This document shows, in pieces, positions 1 to 8,687 of a stretch of 64,000 bases of DNA; position 1 is the first letter of the stretch; the number at the start of each line of letters is the position of its first letter. The translations under genes and the position numbers were made by a program. Below the pieces are notes generated by a model. It saw only the letters and a list, made by a program, of their open reading frames with translations. It was not told the DNA's origin and searched no databases. Source of the DNA: Thermoleophilia bacterium (GTDB taxonomy: Bacteria; Actinomycetota; Thermoleophilia; UBA2241); NCBI GenBank assembly GCA_041393415.1, contig JAWKKE010000001.1, positions 778,363-842,362 on the forward strand, in the 5' to 3' direction.

Positions 1-281
1 GATGACCGTGACGAGACCCCGGCCGCGGCGCTCCTGAGCGGCCGATTGGCGCATGTTGGCTCCATAGGCGCGAGGTTGTTTGGCTGAATCCGGACGCCCG
101 CGGTAGACACGCACCCCAGCAACGTGGCTCTCCTCGGGATGGCGCGCAACGATGGCCTCCGCGAGCTGCAGCGGATCAATCTGTCCGTAGCGACTGGGGT
201 CACCGCGCAAGCCGAACGCTTCACGCGCTCCGTTGTAGACGTTCTGGTAGTCGAGAAAGACGACCGCGCGCGCCGAGCTCA
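1..281 (-). CDS. NYN (LabA-like) domain protein, N-terminal part; gene continues beyond the window start
   Basis: Minus-strand ATG at 281-279 follows a GGAGGG RBS. Translation is MSSARAVVFLDYQNVYNGAREAFGL..., matching the NYN-domain N-terminal pattern (V-F-x-D-x-x-N). No stop within the window, so it is absent from the ORF track. Confidence 0.45.
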
Positions 282-573
282 TCACCCTCCAAAGAAAAAC
301 CCCGCCAGTTCAGGCGTGAGCCCGGACGGCGGGGAGCAGTGACGGCATTGTACCGTACGATTGTCGGAAGGCAAGCACCTCATCTTGAGTCGTCCACCGT
401 GGCCACGCGCAGGTGGCTGCCTCGCCAGACTGCCGGAGCCCTCGGCGGGCGCTGGCTCGGGCGGGAGACGCCCACTCCATGCCGTTCAAGCAGTCGCGCT
501 GCCTGGGCGTGGATGCGATAGCCAAGCGGAGGCCCGTTCGGCGACGCATCTCGCATGTGACAACCGTGGATGC

Positions 574-825
574 TCAGTGCGTCTCGTCACTCACGACGTC
601 CATGTACGGTGCGAGCACCGCGCGAGCATCCGCAAGAGCTGCGGCCAACTCCTCGAGCTGGCGAAACTGCGGCTCCAGGTCGTCGGGCGACTCGATGAAG
701 AGCTCGAAGCTGCCGGAGGGTCCAGCGATGGTGGCGCGCAGGCTGCCGTCTTCGGCGTCAAGAACGGTGGTCTGGGCGTAGTCGCCGTGACGGGTGTGGC
801 TGAGCGTCTCGTAGCTGGTCGGCAT
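574..825 (-). CDS. hypothetical small acidic protein (83 aa)
   Basis: Complete ORF, leftmost gene of the leftward gene string; no recognisable motif. Confidence 0.3.
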   Translation of the reverse strand: MPTSYETLSHTRHGDYAQTTVLDAEDGSLRATIAGPSGSFELFIESPDDLEPQFRQLEELAAALADARAVLAPYMDVVSDETH

Positions 826-1040
826 CGTGCTCGCCTCCGTTCATCGCTTGGGAACGGACACGGTAGCTCTGCGGGCGCGACACAGCAAGGGCGGCAAGCG
901 TTGGCCAAGCGGCACAGGTTGGCCGAACCTCGGGGGGCAGAGAAAGGGCTGCACAGGGCGAGCTCGCCGACGCAGTGCCGACAGAACTGAACGACGAGCA
1001 CAGCACCGGAGCGCAGATGCCTCGCGCATTCGTGTGGAGA

Positions 1041-1913
1041 TCAGTCTCGTCGAGCAATTGCCTCCGCCACCGCCTGGGGCTCCACGCCGTTCTCCAGCGC
1101 CTCCGTGAGCCTCGAGAGGAACTCGACCGGCTCCACCTGTCCACTGAGAATCAAGTATCGAGCACTCTCGAAACCGGCTATGAAGTCCGCTGGCGGCACT
1201 GCACTCTCTTTGATCGATCCATATAGGGAGTCGGTGAGTTTCGTCAGGGAATCCGGCGATCGGGCGGCAAAGACTCTGACCGCATCGGCCACGAGCACAG
1301 CGACCTTCATGTGCCCAATCTGCGTAATTACCGTGAGCATCACAACAGCCTTGAGTGCATCGAGCATGACATCCGCCGGCAACTGCCTGAACGCGAAGAG
1401 GCGAAGAACTTCCGCACGCTCAATTGGACCCAAACCCTCAATGGACCGGTCTGCACCGATGCGCCGGAGCTCTTCCTCCGCGTCCTCGGCCGTGCGTGCA
1501 TGGTTCGACATTGCGACCGCGGCCTGTCCGTAGATGCTTTCTGAGCGAGCCGCAAGCTTGATGCTAGCGATCAGGATGACCACGAAGAAGAAGCCAGACC
1601 ACGTGACCATGAACGCAATGAATGCGCCTGATGTCCAGTCGACCGAGAAGGCGGCAAGAACGCCGGCCACGAGAGCTAGTGCAGCCTCGCCGAATCTGCC
1701 CGTTGTCGCGAACATGATGATGGCGACAAGGAACACCACGAGTAGAACAACGCCGACCATGAACGCGGCTGAGGTCAACGCGAGCATGACGACGCAAGTG
1801 ACGACCCCAGCAAGCGTGATGACCAGAAGAGGGGCAAGTCTATGGGCGGCTTGAAGAGCCCCAACCATCGTCGCCCAAGTATGACTGAATGTACTCTGTT
1901 GACGCCTACTCAC
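1041..1913 (-). CDS. hypothetical membrane protein (N-terminal TM helices plus soluble C-terminal domain)
   Basis: 290-aa ORF with 4-5 hydrophobic helices in the first 120 aa; 4-nt overlap with the upstream ORF 1910-2131. Confidence 0.5.
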   Translation of the reverse strand: MSRRQQSTFSHTWATMVGALQAAHRLAPLLVITLAGVVTCVVMLALTSAAFMVGVVLLVVFLVAIIMFATTGRFGEAALALVAGVLAAFSVDWTSGAFIAFMVTWSGFFFVVILIASIKLAARSESIYGQAAVAMSNHARTAEDAEEELRRIGADRSIEGLGPIERAEVLRLFAFRQLPADVMLDALKAVVMLTVITQIGHMKVAVLVADAVRVFAARSPDSLTKLTDSLYGSIKESAVPPADFIAGFESARYLILSGQVEPVEFLSRLTEALENGVEPQAVAEAIARRD

Positions 1914-2131
1914 ACGGACTCGCTCGGTTCACCGGACACGACGCGCAGCAGATCCGGCAGCTGCTTACGCTCAATCTCTCGCAGCGACACAATAAGCAAC
2001 TCGTCGGCTTCGCGTTCAGGAAGCATAGCGAGCAGCGTTGTGCCTATCGTCCCGAAATCGACGCCGTACTGAACTTGCGTGGTACCGGCACACACGCCCA
2101 CGTTCTTGCCAAAGATCGCCATCGTCATCAC
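1910..2131 (-). CDS. hypothetical protein (73 aa)
   Basis: ORF overlapping the start of the downstream membrane-protein gene by 4 nt (translational coupling). Confidence 0.3.
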   Translation of the reverse strand: MMTMAIFGKNVGVCAGTTQVQYGVDFGTIGTTLLAMLPEREADELLIVSLREIERKQLPDLLRVVSGEPSESV

Positions 2132-2415
2132 ACGATCGCTGACACCGTACGCGATACACCGAGGGTTATCATTCTCGCCTCAGCAAGATGATGGTAGTCC
2201 ATCGCCGTCGCCGACACTAAGACGGCCGTCGATCGCCCCAGGTCCCCCACACCCCTGCGGCGCCAGAAGTGCCTGCACACGGCGCCCTCGCCGACGCGGC
2301 GCCGACGGAAGCGACGGCTCGTTTAGTTCGTATTTCACGTCGCTCGCACCCGATCTTGAGCCGTTCTCGAGCCTGAGAGGGCCTCTAGACGCCTCCGAAA
2401 ACGAACTAAGGCGAA
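2132..2415. promoter_or_regulatory. non-coding region with inverted/direct repeats (cgtttagttcg ... cgaactaaggcgaactaagacg); putative promoter/operator for the leftward operon
   Basis: 284-nt gap with no plausible ORF. Contains tagttcg/cgaacta inverted repeats and a tandem gaactaag repeat at ~2325-2425. Confidence 0.3.
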
Positions 2416-2709
2416 CTAAGACGGCGCTATCTCGTCGTTCGTGCACGTCGTCGCGCACTCAGCGTCGAGCTCGGCCAGGTACTGGCGCATGCGCTCGTCG
2501 CCGTAGGTGGTGATCCAGCGTTCCCAAAGGAGATCGTCACCGGGCTCCCAGGTGGCTGAGCCGGCCGCTCGGAAGTAGCACCGCAGCTCGGCGCCGGCGG
2601 CCGCCCAGCGCTGCAGAAAGTCGAGCGTCTCGCGCAGCCTCGCCAGGCGCTCGCGCAGCTCCGCAGGACAAACGGGGGAGTGCAACTGGGGCAGGAGCTC
2701 GCGCCTCAC
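2416..2709 (-). CDS. hypothetical protein (97 aa), phage-like module
   Basis: ORF with 4-nt overlap to the upstream ORF 2706-3116. Confidence 0.4.
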   Translation of the reverse strand: MRRELLPQLHSPVCPAELRERLARLRETLDFLQRWAAAGAELRCYFRAAGSATWEPGDDLLWERWITTYGDERMRQYLAELDAECATTCTNDEIAPS

Positions 2710-3116
2710 GAGCGCCCCTCGATGTCGCCGAGATCACCTTCAAGGCGCGCGATCTCGGCTTCCACGGCCTCGAAGGTGAAGGGCCGCTCTGGCTGGCGCG
2801 TCGCGAGGCCAAGCAAGATGACGAGCCTGTCGAGCGTGCCCCGAGCACCGCGCAGATCGTTGCTTGCGAGCTGGCGACGGTGGATGAGTTCGTAGCCGGT
2901 GACGGCAAGCGCGAATTCGGTCGCTTGATCGACACCGGCCTCGCGACGCAGGCGGGCCAGCGCGTCGAGGACGTAGCCCTGTGCGGCGCGTTCGCCAACG
3001 CCCCACTTGTTCATGGCGTACTGGACCACAGAGCGTCGCGGGGCACGCGCGGCGAGAAGCTCGCCGAGCTCGACGAGACGCTGTTCGTACTCAGCCTTAC
3101 TGGCGCGCTTGGACAC
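2706..3116 (-). CDS. hypothetical protein (136 aa), phage-like module
   Basis: ORF in the same leftward string as the methylase and replication genes; overlaps the MTase 3' end by 20 nt. Confidence 0.4.
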   Translation of the reverse strand: MSKRASKAEYEQRLVELGELLAARAPRRSVVQYAMNKWGVGERAAQGYVLDALARLRREAGVDQATEFALAVTGYELIHRRQLASNDLRGARGTLDRLVILLGLATRQPERPFTFEAVEAEIARLEGDLGDIEGRS

Positions 3117-4371
3117 GCTCGGCTACCTTGCCGGTGAAGTTCTGCCAGCGCTCGACGGCGACCTCGACGAACTGCGGGCTCTGCTCGATCGCGTAGCAGA
3201 CTCTGCCGGTGGATTCGGCGGCGATCAGTGCCGTGCCGGAACCACTGAAGGGCTCGTAGATGAGATCGCCCGGCAGCGTGTGGTAGGTGATTGGGCGACG
3301 TATGAGCTCAACCGGCTTCTGCGTCGGATGGATGCCGCCGGCGCCGTCTTCGATCGCGGAGGCAACTTCCCACACCGCCGTCGCGTTGGCCGGCGGGCGC
3401 GTACCTGATCGTGGACGATCACCCTGCTTCCAGCCGTACATGAAAGGCTCGAAGTCGTACATGTAGTCGCAGCGGGTGAGCACCGGGCGGCTCTTCTTCC
3501 AGATGATGATTTGGTGCGGCAATAGACCGACGCTGCGCCAGGCCTCGAGGACGATGTCGACCTTCATCATGCCGAAAAACTGGTAGAGGAAGGGCTCGTC
3601 GGTCAGTGCGTGCTCAATCGCGGTCCTAAGGAAGTCGGCGTAAAAGGTGACGGCGCTTTCGTGATCGGTGTATGAGTCCCAGTGTTTCGTCTTCTCCTCG
3701 GAGGAGATGGCCTGTCCGTCTTTGCCCCAGGTCTGGGGGTGGTTGCCACCGTCGTAGTCAACGAGATACGGCGGATCGGTTGCCATGAGTGCGGCGCGCT
3801 TGCCGCCCATGACGCGTTGCACATCGTCGGGGTTCGTGCTGTCGCCACAGAGGAGACGATGCTCACCGAGGAGCCAGAGATCGCCGGCATTCGTGACCGG
3901 TTCTTCCGGTGCTTCCGGTACCTCATCCTCACCCGTGAGACCCTCCGTCGGGTTCGAGAGCAGAGCCGCCAGTTCGCGCGGGTCGAAGCCGGTGACTTCC
4001 AGGTCTACGCCGAGACCGAGGAGTTCGGAAAGCTCGAGCGGCAAGAGCTCAGCATCCCAGCTCGTCTCCATCGCCGTCCTGTTGTCGGCAATGCGGTACG
4101 CCTTGACCTGTTGCGGCGAGAGACCAGTCGCGACATGCACCGGCACCTCGTTCATGCCGAGACGCTGCGCCGCCAACAGTCGCGTGTGACCGACAATCAC
4201 GACACCGTCCTCGTCGACGACGATCGGTTGACGAAAACCGAATTCCTGCAACGAGGCCGCCACTTTAGCGATGGCGACCTCAGGGACGGAGCGCGGGTTG
4301 CGGGCATAGGGAATCGGTCTGTCGATCGGCCACAGGGTGACCGTGAGCTCGTCTTCATCAATGGTCTTCAC
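3097..4371 (-). CDS. ParB-like nuclease domain fused to N6-adenine/N4-cytosine DNA methyltransferase (orphan phage/ICE-type methylase)
   Basis: N-terminal ParB/Srx-like region (PIVVDEDGVVIVGHTRLLAAQRLG). C-terminal MTase with motif IV DPPY (LMATDPPYLVDYDGG) and a later FSGSGT SAM-binding-like motif. No adjacent restriction endonuclease. Confidence 0.8.
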   Translation of the reverse strand: MKTIDEDELTVTLWPIDRPIPYARNPRSVPEVAIAKVAASLQEFGFRQPIVVDEDGVVIVGHTRLLAAQRLGMNEVPVHVATGLSPQQVKAYRIADNRTAMETSWDAELLPLELSELLGLGVDLEVTGFDPRELAALLSNPTEGLTGEDEVPEAPEEPVTNAGDLWLLGEHRLLCGDSTNPDDVQRVMGGKRAALMATDPPYLVDYDGGNHPQTWGKDGQAISSEEKTKHWDSYTDHESAVTFYADFLRTAIEHALTDEPFLYQFFGMMKVDIVLEAWRSVGLLPHQIIIWKKSRPVLTRCDYMYDFEPFMYGWKQGDRPRSGTRPPANATAVWEVASAIEDGAGGIHPTQKPVELIRRPITYHTLPGDLIYEPFSGSGTALIAAESTGRVCYAIEQSPQFVEVAVERWQNFTGKVAERVQARQ

Positions 4372-4539
4372 GAGCGCCTCGCTTTCCTACTTCGTGACTG
4401 AACTACCTGCCTCCTTAAGAGAGGGGACCAGGTAGGGAGTTGTCGTCTCGCCGGCGTTCCTCTTCTTGTGTGGTTCCAAGAGAGCGTCTGGTGAGCTCTC
4501 AAACACCAGGGCCTCGAACTACCTGCCTGGGGGTCATCC
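4372..4539. promoter_or_regulatory. intergenic region with two ~40-nt direct repeats, each able to form a hairpin (gaactacctgcct...aggtagg(g/t)agtt)
   Basis: Read directly: cgtgactgaactacctgcctccttaagagaggggaccaggtagggagttg and cgaactacctgcctgggggtcatccttaagaggtaggtagttgc, between the replication ATPase gene and the methylase gene. Confidence 0.45.
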
Positions 4540-6033
4540 TTAAGAGGTAGGTAGTTGCGTGGCATCGCCACGCCTCCAGTAGCCGTAGGCGCGGCTCGAA
4601 GCCGAGCCGGCACCCTTGGCGCGCTCACAGGGTCGCTCGGGATCGTTCTCGTCGCAGAGCTCACGCAGCACGTCTTGTGCCTTGGGCTTGCCGATGCCGT
4701 TCGCCTGACAATGCTCGATGATCGTCGCCTCTGTGATGGCTTCCTCCTTGGTGGCGGGAAGCAGACCGAGGAGCATTTCGCGCAGATCGCGCTCCTTCAC
4801 CGCACCGACCGATCCGACAGATCGATAGCGGCCCGCATCGTCCATCTCGATCACCCAGTCCGGCGGTTCTGCGGCAAAGACGCGGCCGGTGACGGAGAGC
4901 TGGCGGCGACGCGGATGTGCATCGCCCTTCAGGTGCAGGAGCACGTCAAAGCCGCCGGCCAGCGCCGAACTGCCGCGTCCTGCCTCGCTGATCGAGCCAC
5001 CGCCTTTGCGGGCGTGACGCAGAACGAGCACCGCAAGGCCGCAGCCCGTCAGTCGCTCGATCACCCGTAGCGTCGCCAGCGCCACGCCGGCGTCGTTCTC
5101 CTCGTCGCCCTCGATGCCGGCCCAGAGGGAGAGGTTGTCGACGACGACGAGGTTGAGTCCGCGTTCTCTCGCGCAGCGCTCAACCACCTTGCCAATCTCC
5201 GGCCAGCTGAGAGCGAGCGCGTCGCGGTGGAAGAGCGTGCAGAAGCGCTCCTCACCGAGCAGGCCGGCGCGAGCGACTTGGGGCACGAACGAGTGCGGCG
5301 ACTGCTCGCTGAGGTAGAGGACGCCGCTCTTTCTGGTTGTTCTTCCGCACCACGGCTCGCCGTTGATCACGTCGCGCGCGATCGCCAGCGCCATGGTGGT
5401 CTTGCCCCGTTTGACCTCAGCCACGAGGTCCGTGCTGCAGCCGACGTAGAGCAGACCTTCGCAGAGCGCGACGGGTGTCTCAAGTTGCAGACCGGCGAGT
5501 GCAGCGCCGTCGTAGAGGGAGACGCCCACATGGTCGGCAATGTCGGTCTCGAGGAGGTCGCTGGACTCGGCCAGCAGACCCTGCAACTGCGTTCGGCTGT
5601 CGGCATCGAGGCGTCCTTGGGCAGACATGCCGATCTTCTCCAACGCGGCCCGCAGGTGCCGCTCACGCGCAAGTTCTTTGACGCGCGCGATGTAGCTGCG
5701 CACATGCGTCGCCGCCGGCGTCGTCTCGGCCAACACGCAGAGGTAGTCGCGCCCCGGAATGAGGTTGATGGCGCCGCTGCGCTCAAGCTCGGCCGCCACC
5801 GTGAGATGATCGACGTCCTCACCACGAGCGACGAGACGGCAGACGCCCGTATGGATCGCGCGGTGCGCCGCAGAGGCAAAGGCCGCTGTCTCGACCTCCT
5901 CGGCAACCACACGAGCCGCCACATCGTTCACAAGAGCGGCGCCCAAGCAGGCTTCCTCGACGCGCCGTTCGGGAAGAACGTCCGCTCGTGACGCCGCTTC
6001 CTTCGCCGTCACCGTTGCCGCGCCGCTGTTCAT
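4540..6033 (-). CDS. replication protein: DnaB-helicase N-terminal domain fused to RecA-like (AAA_25/RepA-type) ATPase
   Basis: N-terminal DnaB_N-like region (EACLGAALVNDVAARVV...HRAIHTGVCRLVARGEDVDHLTVAAELERSGAINLIPGRDYL). Walker A VKRGKTT. Walker B-like LVVVDNLSLW. Confidence 0.7.
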   Translation of the reverse strand: MNSGAATVTAKEAASRADVLPERRVEEACLGAALVNDVAARVVAEEVETAAFASAAHRAIHTGVCRLVARGEDVDHLTVAAELERSGAINLIPGRDYLCVLAETTPAATHVRSYIARVKELARERHLRAALEKIGMSAQGRLDADSRTQLQGLLAESSDLLETDIADHVGVSLYDGAALAGLQLETPVALCEGLLYVGCSTDLVAEVKRGKTTMALAIARDVINGEPWCGRTTRKSGVLYLSEQSPHSFVPQVARAGLLGEERFCTLFHRDALALSWPEIGKVVERCARERGLNLVVVDNLSLWAGIEGDEENDAGVALATLRVIERLTGCGLAVLVLRHARKGGGSISEAGRGSSALAGGFDVLLHLKGDAHPRRRQLSVTGRVFAAEPPDWVIEMDDAGRYRSVGSVGAVKERDLREMLLGLLPATKEEAITEATIIEHCQANGIGKPKAQDVLRELCDENDPERPCERAKGAGSASSRAYGYWRRGDATQLPTS

Positions 6034-6034
6034 C

Positions 6035-6295
6035 TCACTCGTCGTCCTCGACGCCCAACATGGCGATCAGCTTCGCCGTCGGCACAAGGATGCGCTTGGA
6101 CATCCGCAGCGTCGGCAGGCTGCCGTCCCTGGCGGCCGCGTAGGCAGTGCTCCTGCCGATGCCGAGGACGATCGCCGCCTCTTCGACGGAGCAGGTTGGG
6201 CCGCGGCGCAGGCACTCGGTTTCGACACTCCGCGAGCACATCGCCGCGCTCGCGCTCTGCTTGATTCTTTCCTCGCTGTCCATGCTTGCCTTCAC
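6035..6295 (-). CDS. excisionase/MerR-like helix-turn-helix DNA-binding protein (Xis-like)
   Basis: HTH_17-like segment VEEAAIVLGIGRSTAYAAARDGSLPTLRMSKRILVP; 86 aa; divergent to the integrase operon. Confidence 0.6.
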   Translation of the reverse strand: MKASMDSEERIKQSASAAMCSRSVETECLRRGPTCSVEEAAIVLGIGRSTAYAAARDGSLPTLRMSKRILVPTAKLIAMLGVEDDE

Positions 6296-6394
6296 CCTTC
6301 GTGCCGGTTATGATGCTGTGTGCTGGACAGAACGCCTTTCAAGCGTTACGTCCAGTGGCGTGAGCCTAGCAATACCGCATTAGAAGGTTCTTAT
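6296..6394. promoter_or_regulatory. divergent promoter region between xis-like (leftward) and hypothetical-integrase (rightward) operons
   Basis: 99-nt AT-richer gap (ttatgatgctgtgtgctggacag...) between divergently oriented genes. Confidence 0.35.
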
Positions 6395-7414
6395 ATGGCA
6401 CACGAGGCGAGGGTGGAGAGCGAGGAGGACGTCTACCGCGAGCTCGGACGCGCCCTCGGCGGTGCTCCCGATGCGACCGTCTGGAAGCTGCTCCAGCACG
6501 GTCGCTGGCCGCAGGACGTGATCGGCGAAGAGGCCAGCTTCGCGGAGCTGCTCTCTGAGTACCGCACGCAGCTCGCAATCATTGCCGATCGTCAGGTGCA
6601 GCCGCGCTCGGCTACGAGAGAGCCACTCGTGGTTGGCGCTCCGTGGACGGAGGCCCTGGCGAAGATCATGGCCCTGCAGGCGGCCAAGGATCCCTACGTG
6701 GTCGCCTTTCGCAGCCAGGTCCTGGGGAACAGACTGCTCGCCCCCGAGGAGGTGAACCCCTGGATCAGAGAGCGCCTCGCGGCCTGCGGCTCCTACACGC
6801 GTCAGACGCGTCCCGACATGCTCGGTGCCGTCGTTGGCCCGCGAGCCAACGCCTGGGAGTCCGAGCTCGCCGTGCAGGCTTACGTAGAGGGCAGCGCGCC
6901 ACCACGGACAACACAGGCCGAGTCGGAGCTCGACTTCCTCGACTGCTTAGGTGACGTCTTGATCAGTTCCTACGGCTTCTACGACCCCGACTCGCTACGC
7001 CGTTTTGTCCTCAGCGGCGAGACGCCGCGGCTGGCCGCCATCCTGGCTGCCGGTCGCTACCGCGAGGGCTTCCCGCAGGCTGGCGAGACGATCGTCATGC
7101 ACGTCAGTCCGCGCTGTCCCCCAAAGCAGATGCTGGCCGCCTACAGTGAGCTCCGGCAGCGCGTGCTTCCTGAGCGCCAACGCGTGCGCCAGCCCGACGA
7201 GGACGACCTCGAGCTCGCGGTCTTCATCGCCGAGGTGAACGACGGTCGCACCTGGGAGGACGCAGCCGCCGCTTGGAACGACGCCCACGAGGAAGCGCGG
7301 CGCTACCAAGAGAAGCGCTCCTTCTCTCGTGACGCACGCGGCGCCTACCAGCGGGTCGTGGGCAGTGAGATCGAGTGGCAGGGCAAGGCACAGGCCAGGC
7401 GAGGCCACAGGTGA
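6395..7414 (+). CDS. hypothetical protein (340 aa) co-transcribed with the integrase
   Basis: ATG at 6395 preceded by agaagg. Stop TGA overlaps the integrase GTG start (GTGA). No recognisable motif. Confidence 0.5.
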   Translation: MAHEARVESEEDVYRELGRALGGAPDATVWKLLQHGRWPQDVIGEEASFAELLSEYRTQLAIIADRQVQPRSATREPLVVGAPWTEALAKIMALQAAKDPYVVAFRSQVLGNRLLAPEEVNPWIRERLAACGSYTRQTRPDMLGAVVGPRANAWESELAVQAYVEGSAPPRTTQAESELDFLDCLGDVLISSYGFYDPDSLRRFVLSGETPRLAAILAAGRYREGFPQAGETIVMHVSPRCPPKQMLAAYSELRQRVLPERQRVRQPDEDDLELAVFIAEVNDGRTWEDAAAAWNDAHEEARRYQEKRSFSRDARGAYQRVVGSEIEWQGKAQARRGHR

Positions 7415-8664
7415 GAGGCTCCGTTCGTCATCGCGGCAACGAGCGCGGCGGTTCCTGGGAGTACATCTGCGATGTCGGTCTCGCGCCCGTGCAGCGCTGC
7501 CGGGAGTGCAAGAAGAAGTACTGGGTGGAACGGCGTCCCAAGGACAGCTGCCCTTCCTGTGGCGGCGAGCTCGTCGAATCCGAAGAACGTCGTCGTCAGA
7601 CCAAGGCGGGCTTTGCGACGAAGAAAGAGTGCCTGGCGGCGATGAACAAGGTCCTGGTCGCCGTCTCGGAGCACAATTACCAAGCGCCGAGCAAAGCCAC
7701 CGTGCGCGAGTACCTGACCAAGGAGTGGCTACCGGCAATCAAGTCAACGATCCGGCCCTCGACGTTCACCTCCTACACGCAGCACGTCGAGTGTCACATC
7801 TGTCCGCACCTCGGCTCGGTGAGACTGCAACAGCTCAGTGGCAGTCAAGTGAATGCGCTCTACGCGCTGCTTGCCGAACGCGGGGGCAAGAAGGGTGGAC
7901 CGCTATCGGCGCGCACGATTCACCATGTGCATACCTGTCTGCACAAAGCCTGCAAGGATGCCGTCAGGTGGGGCCTCATCACCAAGAACCCGCTTGAGGC
8001 CGCCGACCCGCCACGGGTGAAGGGTGGTGGTGCCAAGGAGATGAAGACCTGGACGAAAGAGCAGCTGCGCGCTTTCTTGGCGTCCGTGACAAACGATCGT
8101 CTCTCCCCGCTCTGGCACACCATGGCGATGACCGGGATGCGCAGAGGAGAGGCCTTGGGGCTGCGCTGGATCGACATCGACCTTGAGAACGCACGCCTCT
8201 CGGTGCGTAGGTCACTGGTGCCCACCAACCGCGAGGTCATCGTCAGTGAACCGAAGACGGCCAAAGGCAGAAGGGTGATCGCGCTCGATGCGGCAACCGT
8301 CGAGGTGCTGAAGGCCCAGGCCGCGCGTCAACTCGAAGAGCAACACCAGTGGGGTGACGCCTGGGTCGACACCGGACTCGTGTTCACGAAGGAGAACGGC
8401 GAGGCGCTCGACCCGGAGACGATCACGCGCTGGTTCCGGGTCGCCGTCAAGAACGCGATGCTGCCGGAGATCAGGCTGCACGACCTGCGGCACACGCACG
8501 CGACGCTGGCGCTGCAGGCCGGCATCCATCCCAAGGTGGTCTCAGAGCGTCTGGGGCACGCGACGGTGTCGATCACGCTGGATACCTACTCGCACGCCAT
8601 TCCGGCGATGCAGGAAGAGGCGGCAGCGATGATCGCAGCGCTCGTGCTGAACGGCGCCGCCTAG
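7411..8664 (+). CDS. int: tyrosine site-specific recombinase (phage integrase) with N-terminal CxxC...CxxC zinc-ribbon insertion
   Basis: C-terminal catalytic motifs HDLRHTHAT (HxxR) and LGHATVSITLDTYSH (Tyr nucleophile), plus the R in MRRGEALGLRW. N-terminal QRCRECKKKYW...DSCPSCGG four-Cys cluster. GTG start at 7411 overlaps the upstream stop. Confidence 0.85.
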   Translation: MRGSVRHRGNERGGSWEYICDVGLAPVQRCRECKKKYWVERRPKDSCPSCGGELVESEERRRQTKAGFATKKECLAAMNKVLVAVSEHNYQAPSKATVREYLTKEWLPAIKSTIRPSTFTSYTQHVECHICPHLGSVRLQQLSGSQVNALYALLAERGGKKGGPLSARTIHHVHTCLHKACKDAVRWGLITKNPLEAADPPRVKGGGAKEMKTWTKEQLRAFLASVTNDRLSPLWHTMAMTGMRRGEALGLRWIDIDLENARLSVRRSLVPTNREVIVSEPKTAKGRRVIALDAATVEVLKAQAARQLEEQHQWGDAWVDTGLVFTKENGEALDPETITRWFRVAVKNAMLPEIRLHDLRHTHATLALQAGIHPKVVSERLGHATVSITLDTYSHAIPAMQEEAAAMIAALVLNGAA

Positions 8665-8687
8665 CCGAATCGCCAACCACGCAAAGT

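Noticed and set aside
361-990. 209-aa plus-strand ORF and other overlapping ORFs in 339-1000
   Set aside because: Low-complexity Arg/Ala/Gly-rich translations that overlap each other in several frames. Only the 574-825 minus ORF is kept, tentatively.
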